Assembly: GCA_002269645.1 (NCBI GenBank)
Contig: NIVC01003193.1
Span: forward strand, 48,933-112,932
Origin: Macrostomum lignano
Lineage: Eukaryota
DNA length: 64,000 nucleotides
Reading direction: 5' to 3'
Position numbers and translations under genes: made by a program. A model generated the notes under the pieces. It had not been told where the DNA came from. It did not search any database and was given only the letters and a program-made list of their open reading frames with translations. Shown piece after piece: positions 24,359 through 38,559 of this stretch; positions within the stretch are counted from its first letter, which is position 1, and each line of letters starts with the position of its first letter.

Positions 24359-26261
24359 CCCAGTCAAATTCAGTGTACATGTAGATTACAATAAAGGCCC
24401 CTCCAAAACGGCTTTCCTCAGTTAGCATGTTTATGTTTTCTCTCCCTCTGTCTAGTTCAGTCTTGTTCTTATCTCCCTCTGCCCTCTGATTGGCTCTTAG
24501 ATCTTGCCTGTCTCCTTAGTCACGCACTCCACCCCTCCTTTTGTTATCTCTTTCCTTCACTGCCAACGGATTGGCTCTTCAATCTCTTCTTCATCAGTCG
24601 CGCACTCCACCGCTTCACTCCACTCCACTTCTTCTCTTATCTACACTCAACCCCGTTGCGGCCAAGGACCACTGTAGTCCTTGGTTCCGATTCAAGGATT
24701 CAAAGTTAATTGTCGCCTTGTTAAACCACCTGTGAGTTTTTTTAGTTGTTTTATTTTTGAAGGCGAGGGCGAAGTGATCTGTGGGACAGTGCCTCGGGGG
24801 CGGGGTGGCAGCTGCCCTCCCTGTCTTCACTCTTCTACGGTTCGACCTGAACTTTTGGTTGGGCATGTCTCCATCGCACTACTCAAAGTAATATATAGCT
24901 TTTTCTTTCTAAAGGCTTCAAAAATATCTTTAGAAGCCCTAAATCGTAAGATTCCCTGCAAAATGATTGTTTATGACCAGACAGGGGAGCTTTCGATTGT
25001 GCCCATACACATGTACTTTGTTGTTCGCCTTGAATATTTTCAATTTTCAATCTTGACAAGGCTCCGGCATATAATTACATGTAGGTCACAGTATTGAATT
25101 CAACATGAATAAATGAATAAGGAAAATCAAAAAAAAATTTCCACAGTCTTTATCATATCCAAAATCACTAGCCGCTGCAACTGCTACCTTTATTGGAAGA
25201 ATGAAATCTTAAGACAACTAGCTTTGCTTGCACCAAATACCAACACAGCTTTGAAATTTGTTAAAAACGACAGTTTTTAAACATCAGAAAGGGCTCATGA
25301 AACTGACATATATATAATATCGTAGGTTGAATGAAGTTAAAATTAGGGAACTTCAAGCTGCAAATTGGCTGCACTAGCAGAATAAGTGTACAGATTGGCT
25401 CGTAAAAGCCAAAGGACCGATAGGGGCGCAGGAAAATCCCACAATTTCAACCGAATAGGTCTGATTCACGCGTTATTCTCACGTTTCTGCAAGAATTCTA
25501 CTATAGAAGAATATCATTTTAGCATGGCGTTTTATTATCTTTTTGAACGTGGCGATTCCTCATTTTTCCACGTCTGCAGATTGAGCGGAAGGCTTCGTCA
25601 GTGCAGATATTTTTACGGAACTGACTGGGCACTAAAATGGTCAGCAAAATCGTCTGCTTTCCTAGCTAGCCCCCCCCCCCCCGGAAGCAGAAATGTGTTG
25701 CCTTCAATACCAGGACTCTGACCGAATGAATCCAGCAGAGCCACAATGGGCTGAACAAACTAAAAAAGGAATCCTTCAGTGTAAATGTTTTCTAATGCAA
25801 GCTAAACCAATAGATTACAGTAGGATTTCCAACGATTTTTTGTCGTTCATAAATCTCATCTGCTCAACCGTGTCTCTCTAATATCTCTCTCTCCCTCTCT
25901 CTTTCTCTCTCACTGTTTTTGCCAATAACTCAAGTCGTGAAAGCCCGAGAAAGGACTGGCTTACTCCATGTCAGGGAATGCGTTTGCATACCTCGTATCC
26001 TGTGTAGAAGCCAAACTAAATCAGAGCAGGATCTCGCGCAGAAGCAACAAAAGCCAAATTGAAGTCAGACCTGTTGTTCGTATACCGATACTCATGATAT
26101 TTATGAGTACTGGTATGAGTTATGATACCAATACTGTACGTTATCCTAAGTATATAAGTTGAAATTGAAATAAATGTTCAGAATTATTATTATGTCCTGA
26201 TTAATATGCTGCAGCTGTCTTTATTACTTAATTACTCTTGTGAAGTCCATGACAAGATTGC

Positions 26262-28101
26262 TTACAGTTCTTCCTTGACGGCTGGCTCCTGAAATGATTT
26301 TCATTGCATAATTTGTACCATGCAGTGTACATGTACCTATTTCATAATGGTTCAAATGAAAAAACTTTATTTATCTGTACCTTCTTTTTCTGAATCTTTC
26401 CGCCAGAGTCTAAAAACTTCTTGAACCCTTCCAGATTGCGTTCGCCTTCATATTCGATAATCTCGTCGGAACCAGCCGGAAACAGCATGATGGTGGGATA
26501 AGAATGCACATTGACGCCTTCAACCTCGTTTGCGGTGGAGTCCATCTTGGCGATGACAATATTGGCCTGTTTCTGGTATTCGGCACCCAGCTTGTCCCAC
26601 ACAGGTTCCAGCTTCTTGCAGTGGCCGCACCAGGGGGCGTAGAACTCTACTAGAACGGTCTTAGTTTTGTCGCGCGCAACCTGATTGAAATTCTTACCAA
26701 CCAGAACCTTGACAGCCTTCTTGTCCCAATCTTCGGGCACCTCCTGCGACATGAAGTGCGGCTTTATGGTGCCATCGAGTACGCCCTGTACGAGTGCGTT
26801 TATATTGGCCTCAGTGATGTCGGTAAAGTTCGGCTTATACTTTAGCATGTCGTCCTTTAGATCGATAAGCCGAATTACTGGGCAGTCTTCCTTTTTTAGG
26901 CCGAAGAACTCAAGGACTCGCTCATTCTCATCGTAGCTGCTGTCGACAAAAACGTAGATTGCCTTACCTTTGAATTTTTTGGCAGATGTCTTCATTTCTT
27001 TAATTAATGCGTTAAAATCCGCTTCATTAGTCTTGTTAACGAATAGTAAAACAAAATTCTTTACGTCGCTGTTGAAAATCTCGCCTGCTGTTTCGTGGGT
27101 GAACTCGCTGATCAATGGTAGTCTATTGTTCCTGACGAATCGGTCGATCTCGTCTACGGTAAACGGCCCACGATGAACCACCTTAGCGTCATCAGGTTTT
27201 TTAAACAGAATGATTGAATCAGACTCAACTTTGAAGCTTGCAAGGATGGCGGCATCACTTGCTTTTCCGCAAGGTATGGCGTCAACATCTATTCTTGAAA
27301 CAGCGGCAGTTTCGTATGCTATAGCAGCATCAGATGAGGCATCTTTAAAAAAACCTATGATCGACATGTTTGCAGAGTCTATGAACTTCTGAGCATCACT
27401 GATAGAATCCAGCTGGGTTACTGGTGGTCCCAGCTTTTTCTCAAGCCATGCAAGCATCTCGCCAGCAGTTCTTCCGCCATTATAGTCAATAGTAATATTT
27501 TCTTTGAAAAACTTTATAGTTGGATATCCTTGAACGCCATGCTTTACCACAAGGATAGGCTCCGTTGTCCCATCAACTTTAGCCAGCTTAATCGCAGAGT
27601 TTTTCTTTGCCAGTTCTTTTGCAACCTTGACGTATTCAGGTGCTAAAGCATTACAATGGCCACACCATGGAGCATCTGTAAAATGGTCAGGTGTAAAATA
27701 AAAAGCATAACTTTAAATAAAATATTTGTTGTAACTGCTTGTCACTGTAGATTCTCATCCATAGAGCCCTTAATTAAAAAACCCACGCATGATGTTTTTA
27801 TTATACCAGTGAAATAACTTGTTAATGGTAAAATTATAGAGATATACATGTACATGTAACATGTAATTAATTATGATCAATTTAGTAAATTGGAGCAAAC
27901 GCATGCAAATACGCACTTATAAAATTACGGAATTCACTCACAAAATTCCACTAAGAGATACTTATTCGTGCCGATGGCAGCATCAAAATTCTTTTCGTTA
28001 AGAACAAGTACTCCATCCTCTTCCTTGATGGCATCTTCGGATTTGCTTACTAAAGCGACACTAACAAATATTGTGAAGCAAAAAATAATTTTTAGAATCA
28101 T
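26262..28101 (-). CDS. P4HB: protein disulfide isomerase (a-b-b'-a'), ~493 aa; exons 28101..27942, 27675..26381, 26288..26262
   Basis: Signal peptide MILKIIFCFTIFVSVALVSKS; EF|YAPWCGHC (phase-1 join T|AT); second EFYAPWCGHC; AAG|GTACAG joined to TTTCAG|GAG gives C-terminal EPAVKEEL* (ER retention). Orthology to P4HB inferred from domain layout and motifs. Confidence 0.95.
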
Positions 28102-29911
28102 TCTCAGATTTATAGTAATGGCTAAACGTCCTAACTTTTAGGTACTTAGCAGTATTATCGCTAATCGTAAAAGCAATAGTATTTTGTTCACTGGTTCACC
28201 AAAACTAATTAAATCAGTAAATTAATTAAATTGCAAAATTTATAATAAAATTTTATATTCTCGCCACTAGCTAACTTCGCAGAGGTAAAAATTATTATAA
28301 CTCCTATATTAGTAAATTTTAAGTCCTATCAAGGGTAATATTCATCTTTTAATAATCTAAATAAGGCGCGTCTTCTGTTTAAAGATTTATTTTTTGTTAT
28401 TCTGTTCCCAAGGTACGAAATGATTATTTTCCTCGAAAACAGTTGTCAGACCAAGGCAAAAAAAGTCATCACAAAGCTAAAACAAAGCAATAAGAAATAA
28501 AAAACAAACCTGGTCCTCCTTATGCTTGTTGCCTGTTCTTTTCTGTTCCCAGAAAAGTCCATTCCCAGAATATGTCCATTCCCATCTATAGCCTCTTGCA
28601 ATTTGTGCATAGAATGCATTGGCTGCATATATCTGCCAAACTGTACTTAATAACTATCTTAACTTACTGTCACTCTGATGCAGGTGAATTAAAGGCAGCG
28701 CATGCAGCCAGTAGGCTCTCCAGAGTCCTCCTTCTTGCCAGCCGGCCTTCCCCATCCTCCCCTGTAGCTGTACATGCCAAGAATAACCACCAGCCCCGCT
28801 CCTGCCCTTGCTTTCATTTCTTGCTTATGCTGTTGCCAAAATGGCTAGGCCTATTGCCAATTTAATTTGTTGCCAAAATGGTTGTCGCCAAAATGGTTTG
28901 TCACTGAAGTGGACTGTATGTAGAGTGCCTGAAAAATAAATGAGGCTTGAAAGCGGCGGTTCAATTATTTATTATCGATAATCGAGATTACCGGAAAAAC
29001 ACTTGCTTATTAGCTGGGTTTGCCTGGTGTATATTTATAGCAAAATTAACGGTGTTCTGGAAATTTCTTTAGAATTATAACAAAGATACAACGTTATAAT
29101 GTAAACTGTAGCTAATACGGATAAATGCGTTGAATAAGAATATGGCTAATAATTAAACTATAAGATATGTAAAGGTTCCGCGTAGAAATATTTTGTTATG
29201 GAAATTCGAAGAAAAATGCAGAAATTTCTTTTACTTAATTTGGAAATTTTACTCGTATAGAATGCGCGAAGGGGAAAGGAAACTTCTAGAAACTAGGTAC
29301 ATTGGAATAACATCGCTACATGTATACTATTATGTCACCTCTCTTGTTATATTTTGGTTTCCCTTTTGTTTATATTATAGAATAGGGGTTGGCAACCTTT
29401 TCCCACTTAAGGACCAAATAAGGTTTTGGCCCTGATGAGGACCAAGCATTTTTTGCCACAATATAGAGCTATCCCCTTTACCCCCTTTGTGGTCTTTACC
29501 TCTAGAATCTAATTTCTGATTGTATCACTAACAGGCTAGAATATTTGATATTGAAGAACTAAAACTAAAAAATAAGTTTATTATAATTTGATGCATTATT
29601 AGAAAATCCAATTCTACTATATAGTCAGCCCTATCAATGTATATTTGTATCTCTGTTGTTGGCCTAGCTAGCTTTACCACCCCACCTTCACTACTAGTTA
29701 ATGAAAACAAAGTCTTTTCGCCCCAGTGAGCTTTGGGGTTGGAATTTTATAATACCTAGTGTTGTATCGATTATTTAAAGACTTTCAAGGCATTATTAAC
29801 GCTGATGCTCCTAATATTTTGCGTCGTGTCATACATAAAGTTAGCCTAATAGATAAAGTAGGGCGAGAGTTGTAAAATGTCTCTAACGTCAAATGATTTA
29901 TAGGAAGGGAA

Positions 29912-30691
29912 TTAGGGATGTCGATTCCCCAGGGAATTATCTTATCGGGGACCCCGGTGAAAAGAAAAAATAAGTAAAAATGGCGGATCACTTAGATTGT
30001 AAGTGGAATTTTTTAAACTTTGATTTAAGCTTTGTACTACATGTTCAAGGCGCAGGGGTAAAAATTTTAAACAATGTTTTTTTAAACTGTATTTGACAAT
30101 GTGGCATCACGAAATCGTGTGCGCACCTTTATCGGAAAAGTGCATTTGTTGGAATGCATGCTAAACAGCTACGCTCGTGAGAGGATAATTAATGAATGAG
30201 ACTGTTTTTATAATCGGAATTTTATTTCTTGCATATATATGTAAATCACCATTTTGTCCTTGTCTAATAGGGAGTATATGTATGACACCCCCCTATGCGT
30301 CAGTGCCTGACGCATGACGCAGCGCTGCGCCTGCATCAAGCCGTCAACGCAGACCAACACAGCAGTCACTAGTCAGTAAGGCTTCTTTTTCCTGACGGGT
30401 TTCTTTTCTACGTGCAATTTGCTTGATTGAATGACTTATTAGTGAAAAAACAATCAAACGTGTGTTGTGTTTCAAATACATGTAATGCATTGAAATAAGC
30501 AATTATGCAGTAAAAGAGCATAGACAGAGTTTCAATCAGCTTTCTGTGAATCAGTTTCTTATTTTAATGGCAAAAATTAAGTTACAAATGCATTTTTTCA
30601 TATTTTTTCTCCCCAGGGTCCCCGGTTAAATTCCCCGGAGAGTATTCCCCGACAAGCTCCCCGGGGAGCACTCCCGGGGTCAACATCCCTA
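29912..30691. mobile_element. hAT-type MITE with TAGGGATGT termini
   Basis: TAGGGATGTCGA...TCAACATCCCTA; GAAGGGAA on both flanks (8-bp TSD, one extra T on the left); CCCCGG subterminal repeats. Confidence 0.65.
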
Positions 30692-32889
30692 GAAGGGAAA
30701 CTACGAGCATAAGTTCTGCAACACATATACAAGTAGCTAAGCATTAATAGACGCACTGCACCGATAAAATGTAATGGAATTGCTCGAATCACCGACACCA
30801 AGACCCATAAAACTGGAGAAACTGGCAGGATATAGTAGATACATGTAGGTCAGAATCAGAAGTGATCATGGGTGGGTGGGTCAAGTGATCATGGGTGGGT
30901 GGGTCAAGTGATCATGGGTTCGACCTCGATTGTATTATTCCTTCTTAATCTTATGCAATTAATTGTAAATTAGGTATGAAGTAACAGTAATTATCCTTGA
31001 CCATGCTAGAGTAAAGACAAGTCAAAGTCAAGTTAATAAAAATAGACACACAGTGTAACAATAACAATGGTTTTTAGAGCCATTTTTCTTGTCTATGTTT
31101 GTCTTTGTACATACATGTACATTTGGGAAGACTTATCTGGACCCAATCCCTTCTTATTCTACATGTACGCTGTTTTGGGTATGGGGGTTAGAGTTGGGCC
31201 GTCTGACACCCCCTCCCCCCCCCTACCATAGTGGACTGGAGAGAAAGAAGCACATGCTATCGCTATTGGCTAGCCTGTCATTCTCTTTCTCTTTACCTTC
31301 TGTCTTGTGTAGCGTACACTATCCAATGCACAAGGCCCAACTTTCCACTAAAGGAAGGTTCATATAGTCCGCCCATGGGCTTCCTCTTGCTTTCGCGTAC
31401 ACTCAAGGCCACTCACTCTCAACACCAGCCACTAGAGGCTTGTTTTAAATAATCGATCGATAATATTAAATGTACACTTGAAAGCTTGCTTTGGATCCTA
31501 GCAGAAGGGGGAGAAAGTGGCCAAGGCCACCACACCCCACAAGGCAGGCAGGCCGGCCCGAGTGCGATAACGAATGACAAAAAAATAGAAAAGTACAATT
31601 TACACATCAACTTTCAATACAATAAATACAATAATAGGTACGGTATTAATGACAGTGTATTTTCGCACAAAGTAGCTACGTTCAAACCACCAGCACGTAA
31701 ACAGCTAAAATTTCACTGTTTATGAAATTTTATAAAATTTAACACATCATTTTAGATATTGAAAACTTTTAAAGGAGGGTATTACTGTTGCATGTGACTA
31801 TAAAATCGTGGTAGGTATAGCTGATGATGAAACTGGTGATTGGTATCTAGCTTTTTTGATAACTTAGCCGGTTAGACCCCGAAATAGCTATTGTAATTTG
31901 TAATGCTGGAGCCAAATACAAATACAATGGAGCAATTAGTTTCTCTCAAATCTGTCTCTGCCAGTGCCAGTTTAGTCCATAGTAAGTAACCAAAGTAAAA
32001 TACCCATTAGTGGTCCCGTTTCTAATGTTTATAAATATTAAGCTTCAGTTTACTTTTGGCACAGTATGCAATTTTGAAAATTCACCCTAATAACGGTTTG
32101 CACCAGCAGGAAAGCAACTATTTTGTTGTTGGAAATCGGATTAAGCAGTCAAAAGAGTGTATTTCTATGAAAAAAGGTACTTTTTTTCCATTTTTTCAAA
32201 TATTTAAACAGGTTTCGCTCTTTCAATAAAAAAATCATCGCAGTACCTTAAAGTACAGTTAGTTTGGAATTAGATGACGGCGTTGAATTGTTTCTTCCAT
32301 ATTCCAAAAATTATAATGAGCACTTTTCCTCAAATCAGTTTGAGATCATGATTTTTAGTCTTTCGTCGATAACTTTCTGATTTCAAATGTTTAAGAATTG
32401 AAAACTTCCACACTTGTGTATCTTTGAATTGCGCATCAATTGGTGCATAGTATGTATGCTTAACTATTAGCAGTATAGAAAAAAATGCAAAAAAACTGTA
32501 AAAGTACATTTTCAATTTTTGCATTTTTTGCAACCAAAGTGCCAACTTTTTGATACAATTGAAAAAAACAACCCAATAATGTTATGCATCTTAGTAAGGC
32601 GCACCTATAACCCTCGAACATTTTTAGCTCGAGTTTTAATGTGCATGAGGAAATGCACTTTTGTAAAGACATAATCTTAAGACAAACATTTCAACTGAAG
32701 CCTGTTCCTTTTCTCCGCAGTGAATCCATACAAAACTATACTCGTTAAATAGATCAGATTCTTCTCTTTAAAATGACACCTCACTTGTGAAATTCGCACT
32801 TGTAGTTTTGAAGTTACAGCAGTTTTTGTGAGATTTTTCTTGTCATTTTTTCGATGCACACGTCTCATATTATTATATTCGTCACAAGC

Positions 32890-33049
32890 CAGACCACCCA
32901 ATGCGCTTCGCGCATTGGCTGGCTGTTTGTTCCTCATGCTCGGCACTTTGTGCCTCGCGCGTTCGCTCCGCTCACCCCACAAACCCAAGGACACGCGCTT
33001 CGCGCGTGTCCTTGGGTTTGTGGGTTTCGCGGAGCTCACTGGGAACTAG
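32890..33049 (+). mobile_element. Helitron 3' end
   Basis: Hairpins CAATGCGC-TTC-GCGCATTG and a 22-bp stem CCACAAACCCAAGGACACGCGC-TTC-GCGCGTGTCCTTGGGTTTGTGG (32977-33023), followed by terminal CTAG|T at 33046-33050. 5' end not located. Confidence 0.7.
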
Positions 33050-33644
33050 TTCCCCTATTTCTATTCTATTCAAAGTTTGAACTGATATGCTATTTGTCTA
33101 GACTTTGTAAGAATCCACTAATATATTCAGTTTATATCTCATTACTCATTTATCATTAAAATTGATAATTGAGGGAAGGAATTCCCCATTTTCAGAAGAC
33201 AAAAATATTGTAGGCCAAATAATGAAGTTAGGCCTATTGTAAAGGTGCAAGCTAGATTATAATAATAAAGACATTAAGTTTGTGGGCCATATAGAAAGTA
33301 TTTGCAAGCCAGATCTAGCCCACAGACTAAAGTTGTTAATTCCTATTATAGAACCTCTCTTATCTATATTTTGTTGCCCTTCTCATCTATATTATAGTCC
33401 CTCTTATCTATATTTTTGAGTCTCTCTTATCCATATTATAGTGGCCCCTTTTGTCTATATTATGGTGCCCTTCCTATCTATATTATGTTATCCCTTTTGT
33501 ATACATCATGGCACCCCTACTCTTATAGCTAAAATCTACCTCCTTATTTTTATTATTCCTAATCCATTTCTATATTGTACATAGTATGTAATATATAAAT
33601 TAATATTGCTTTGCATAGTCATCAATTGTCCCTGGTATATATTA

Positions 33645-34249
33645 GACAAGCTGTTGAAACCCGCGGATTTTGAACCCGGGGAATTCCAATCCCCGGAACT
33701 ACTTTTGCATGTATTCTGAAATCTAAGGCCATCTAACACAAACAAATTAATGTTAGTAGGATAGAGGTAGACATAAAATGGAGCACATTCGTGTAAAATT
33801 AGGGTTTGAGGCAAACGTTGATATTGTTTGCTGGGGTACTCCACAGAATGCCAGGCAATGTCTGTCTGACTCTAAAACATGTATTGGCAAACTCTGGCCT
33901 CTCCCTGACTCTCCCTATGTCCCTTGGATCCTTTAAAATTTCTATCGTCTCTCTGTTTCCTTTCTTCTCTCTCATCCCTCGTCTCTCGTCTCTCCTCTCT
34001 CTTCTCTCCTCTCTTCTCTCGTATCTTCCCTCATCTCTCTTATCTCATCTCTTCCCTATTCTTTTCTCTCTCCTCTCCTCTCTCCTTTCTACTTTTCGTT
34101 TTCTCTCTGCTCTCCTCTCTCCTCTCTACTCTCTCGTTTTCTCTCTCCTCTCCTCTCTCCTCTCTCCCATCTTTTTCGTATATTCCCTCATCTTTCTTCT
34201 CTTTCATATCTCTTATCTCATCTCTTCCCTCTTCTTTTCTCTCTCCTCT

Positions 34250-34343
<94 letters not shown>

Positions 34344-36160
34344 ATCTCTCTTCTCCTCTCTACTCTCTCCCCTCTTCATTCTCCTACTTCCTCTTCTCTC
34401 TCCCTGTCTCTCCTCTCTCCTCTAGTCTCTGTAATCTCTTCTCTCTTATCTCTTCTCTGTTCTCTCTACTCTCCCATCTCTCGTCTGTTCATCTGCTCTC
34501 TCATCTGTCATCTTTACTCTCTTATACGTTCTCTCACTTATCTCCTCTGTACTCTTCTCTTTCACCTCTTCTGACTCCTCTCTTTCCTTACTCCTTTATT
34601 CTTTTCTCTTCCCTCTTCTATACTCTCTCTCCTCTATTATCTTCTCTCGTCTCTCTGCACTCTCCTCTCACCTTTTTCATCTCTCATCTTTACTCTCTCA
34701 TCTCTCCTTTCATCTGTCTCATCTCTACAATCTCATCTCTTTCCTCTCTCCTCCTCTTCCCTTTACTCTCTCATCTCTCCTTTCTCCCCTCTTCTTTCAC
34801 CACTCTCTTATCTCTATCTCTTCTCTTCTCACTCCTCTCTCCCCCTCTTATCCCCTCTCTTCTCTATCCTTTCTACTCTCTCCTCTCTAATCTCTCCTCT
34901 CCTCTTGACCCTCTGTCATCTTCTTTCTGCTCTCTCATCTCTACTCTCTTCTCAATCTTCTCTACTCTCCTCTCTCATCGATCCTCTGTCTCATCTCTCC
35001 CCTCTTCTCACCTTTACTCTTTCCTCTCCTTCCTTTCTCCCCTCCTCTCGCTTCTTCCTCCCTTCTTCTCTGCTCTCTCCTCACCACTTTTCCCTTTCAC
35101 TCTCATCTGGCCCGCAGCCATGAGCTGGATTCTTTATCTGGCCTTTGAGATAAAAATCTGCCAATCCCTGCTTCGAAAGTACTATCATGGGACGTAGTAC
35201 TATCATGGTTGTTATCATTTCTCATGCTTTAATCACGTCATCTTTCTGGCCAATTAGCAGCCCTGAGAGGAATTTGTGTATCTCCATTCTCCAGCTCCAC
35301 CACCACAGTCTGCAGCAGTCTAACAACCAAGGAAATGCGTATTTCTTAGGAGGCCATTTAAATTTTAAAGTTACCTTATGCGAATCTTAATGTTAAAATT
35401 TTCATGGTGTAACTAATTTAGTAGGATTGCATTGTAATCAGTTATTCATTAATTTTTCGCTATTTTTATAAACCATCCCACATCGCCTTGATTTGCCATC
35501 CTTGTTTAACTGCTGCAGACTTGTCTATTCAGAGGACAGTGGTTTGAAATTGAATCTCTCGCTAAACTCTCTCCTCTCCACGCCTCTCCACTCGCGGGGG
35601 TACAGAGAAGGCTATTAAAAAGTTATTCCAAAACACTGTACATTCGCTATGTACATTGAGCCCTATCGCCTGACCCTTCGTCTGGGGAATGAGTTGGATG
35701 AGCGGCAAACAACAGAAAAAGCAGACAAACTTCACATGCTTACAGTTTCTGTCCTGATTGAGATACAGAGTTGAGCCTTTACATGTAGGCAGAGAATGAA
35801 TCAATAAAGAATTGTGTCAAATTTGAAGTCAATCGCTTCACGTGGAGCAAAACTATGGCAGCCGAAAGTTAGGCATTTTAAAACCTATTCACACCCTTTG
35901 CCCAGATCGGGAAAGAGAGGCAGGCGGGCGGAGGTTGGGGTGGTTGCTACGCTGATAAAAAAACAGCCTAACTTTAAAAGTGCACAGCACCGCTCAGGAT
36001 TAACTTTGAGACTCGAAATTTTACATGATTGTGCCAAAATAGTTGAAGATTATCTGTGTCAAATTTAAAGAGAATCGGTAGAAGTGGAGCGGCGCTATGG
36101 AGGATTTAATAAAAAAATCGCGCATTTTGAGCAGTTTTTTGTACTTTTAGGTAGGACTAG
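33645..36160 (+). mobile_element. Helentron/HINE-like non-autonomous element with long CT-rich insert (copy 1)
   Basis: Begins ACAAGCTGTTGAAACCCGCGG; homologous over its length to 41826-45600 and 45605-48150; pure (CT)n at ~34255-34340. Class assignment is by structural analogy. Confidence 0.55.
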
Positions 36161-36379
36161 CGCCCCCCTTCGGGGTGGCCAATAAGCAAGGGACGAATCC
36201 TTTAAAATGAAAAAAAATTCTTAGGGAGGGGGGCTAGAAATCGAATTCTCATTTTAATTCCAGGCTTATGTACCAATAAAACATGCTTGTGCAGAATTTT
36301 ATAACAGACATTGAAATTCAACAATACTTGCCTTCTTTCAGAGCTACTTCTACCAGTATGCTTCAGTACGCTACCAGTA

Positions 36380-37330
36380 CCCTTGTAAGCCTTGACATGT
36401 CAGCAATCCCCCCCCACAAGCCTTAACATATCAACTCCCCCCTTGACGTCTCAGCGATGCTCCCATAAGCCTTGAAATCTTAAAATCTGTCTACTTTCTA
36501 ACCCTAACCCTAACCCTAACCCTAACCCTAAAGCATTGAAATTTCAGTAATTCTCTCTAAGAGTCATTATAGCACTACTACAGCATTATAGCGATTCCCT
36601 GCAAGCCTCGACATCGTAGGGATTCCCAAATGAATCTCTTAACTTCGACATGAAGCTTCTTTTATTTTTTACATTACGCCTTTTCTATCAGCGATCCCTC
36701 CCGTGAGGAGCCAACAAATAATGTAATAACTTTTTTCCAATAAACTACATGTAGCTTCTGACATTAGCCTTGACATCTCATTTATTCCCCCGTGAGCCTT
36801 GACATCTCAGCTATAGATAGATAGATAGATAGATTCCCCTCGTAAGCCTTGACATGTCAGCGATGCCCCCCATAAACCTTGATATCTGAAAAATCCCCTG
36901 TTAACCTTGAAACCCGCTAAAATCTAACCCTCAACCCAAACCTGACGTAAACCTAACTTTCACCCAACCTAAAGCCTTGAAATCACAGCAATTCTTCTTC
37001 CCTAAGCCTTGGCATTTAAATGATTCCTTCTTTAAGAATCACAGCACTATAACGATTCCCTCCAAGCTTTGACATCGTAGCAATTCCCAAATGAATCTTT
37101 TAACTTTGACATGACTTTTATTTTATGTATACATAGTGCTTCTTTTCTTTTTTACATGACTCTTCTTCTATCAGCGCCCCCCCCGTGGCGAGCCAACAAA
37201 GAATGCAATAAAAAAACTTAAGTAAAGTACATGAACTTGAAGTAGCTTCTGACTTTTGCTTTAACATCTCAGAAACCCCCCTGTAATCTCAGTTATTCTC
37301 TGTGAGCCTTGACGTCTCAGTAATTCTCCC
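36380..37330. repeat. diverged ~470-bp tandem duplication rich in GCCTTGACAT motifs, including (CCCTAA)5 at 36502-36531
   Basis: 36560-36760 aligns to 37035-37250. Confidence 0.6.
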
Positions 37331-37379
37331 CAACACAGCACTATAGCTTCATTTAATTTTTACATGACACTTGTTTCAT

Positions 37380-38400
37380 GTCTGACATGACGCTTCTTTT
37401 GATTTTTACATGACGATTCTTTTATTCTTCCATGATGCTTCTTAATTTTTTAAATGACACTTTCATTAGTTTTTATATGAGGCTTCTATGATTTTTTCAT
37501 GACGCTTCTATGTTAACATGACTCTTCTATGCTTGTTTACATGACGCTTTTATGATTGTTTACATGACGCTTCTATGATTGTTTACATGACGCTTGTATG
37601 ATTGTTTACATGACGCTTCTATGATTTTTTACATGACGCTTCTATGATTTTTACATGACGCTTCTATGATTTTTACATGACACTTCTATGATTTTTTCAT
37701 GACGCTTCTATGATTTTTACATGACGCTTCTATGATTGTTTACATGACGCTTCTATGATTTTTTATGACGCTTGTATGACTGTTTACATGACGCTTCTAT
37801 GATTTTTTATGACGCTTTTATGATTGTTTACATGACGCTTCTATGATTGTTTACATGACGCTTCTATGATTGTTTACATGACGCTTCTATGATTTTTATG
37901 ACGCTTTTATGATTGTTTACATGACGCTTGTATGATTGTTTACATGACGCTTCTATGATTGTTTACATGACGCTTGTATGATTGTTTACATGACGCTTCT
38001 ATGATTTTTTATGACGCTTTTATGATTTTAACATGACGCTTCTATGATTTTTTACATGACGCTTCTATGATTGTTTACATGACGCTTGTATGATTGTTTA
38101 CATGACGCTTGTATGATTTTAACATGACGCTTCTATGATTGTTTACATTACGCTTCTATGATTGCTTGCATGACGCTTCTATGATTTTTTATGACGCTTT
38201 TATGATTTTAACATGACGCTTCTATGATTTTTTTACATGACGCTTCTATGATTGTTTACATGACACTTGTATGATTGTTTACATGACGCTTTTATGATTT
38301 TAACATGACGCTTCTATGATTGTTTACATTACGCTTCTATGATTGCTTGCATGACGCTTCTATGATTTTTTACATAACGATTCTATGATTTTTTACATTA
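37380..38400. repeat. minisatellite, 22-24-bp unit ACATGACGCTTCTATGATTGTTT
   Basis: Tandem periodicity. Confidence 0.95.
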
Positions 38401-38559
38401 CGCTTCCATAATTTTTTTTGTCTTGGCGTTAAAAAGCTTTAATTAAAAAAAACTCTACTCTCTAAAAATTCGAACCATCGTCCCTGCATTTAGCAGTTTA
38501 GTCTGTTTACCTCTAGGCTAGCTCTCATAAATTTTAGTCATTACCCCTAAATAGAAAAT

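Noticed and set aside
23610-24428. GAPGA/elastin- or silk-like ORFs (up to 272 aa)
   Set aside because: Open in all frames on both strands because a stop-free 15-bp unit is repeated; no splice sites, signal peptide or synonymous variation.
26342-26380. PDI ending ..VFSFEPL as in the ORF track
   Set aside because: Donor AAG|GTACAG and a 27-bp last exon give the expected KEEL retention signal.
28102-28450. ER-stress elements (ERSE CCAAT-N9-CCACG, UPRE) upstream of PDI
   Set aside because: No match found by eye; the ATTGG/CACGTG spacing in the 21135 MITE does not fit ERSE either.
33806-35197. 463-aa Ser/Leu-rich ORF (and similar ORFs at 42116-43482, 45972-47028)
   Set aside because: CT-rich low-complexity tract cannot contain stops on this strand; lies inside a repeated non-coding element.
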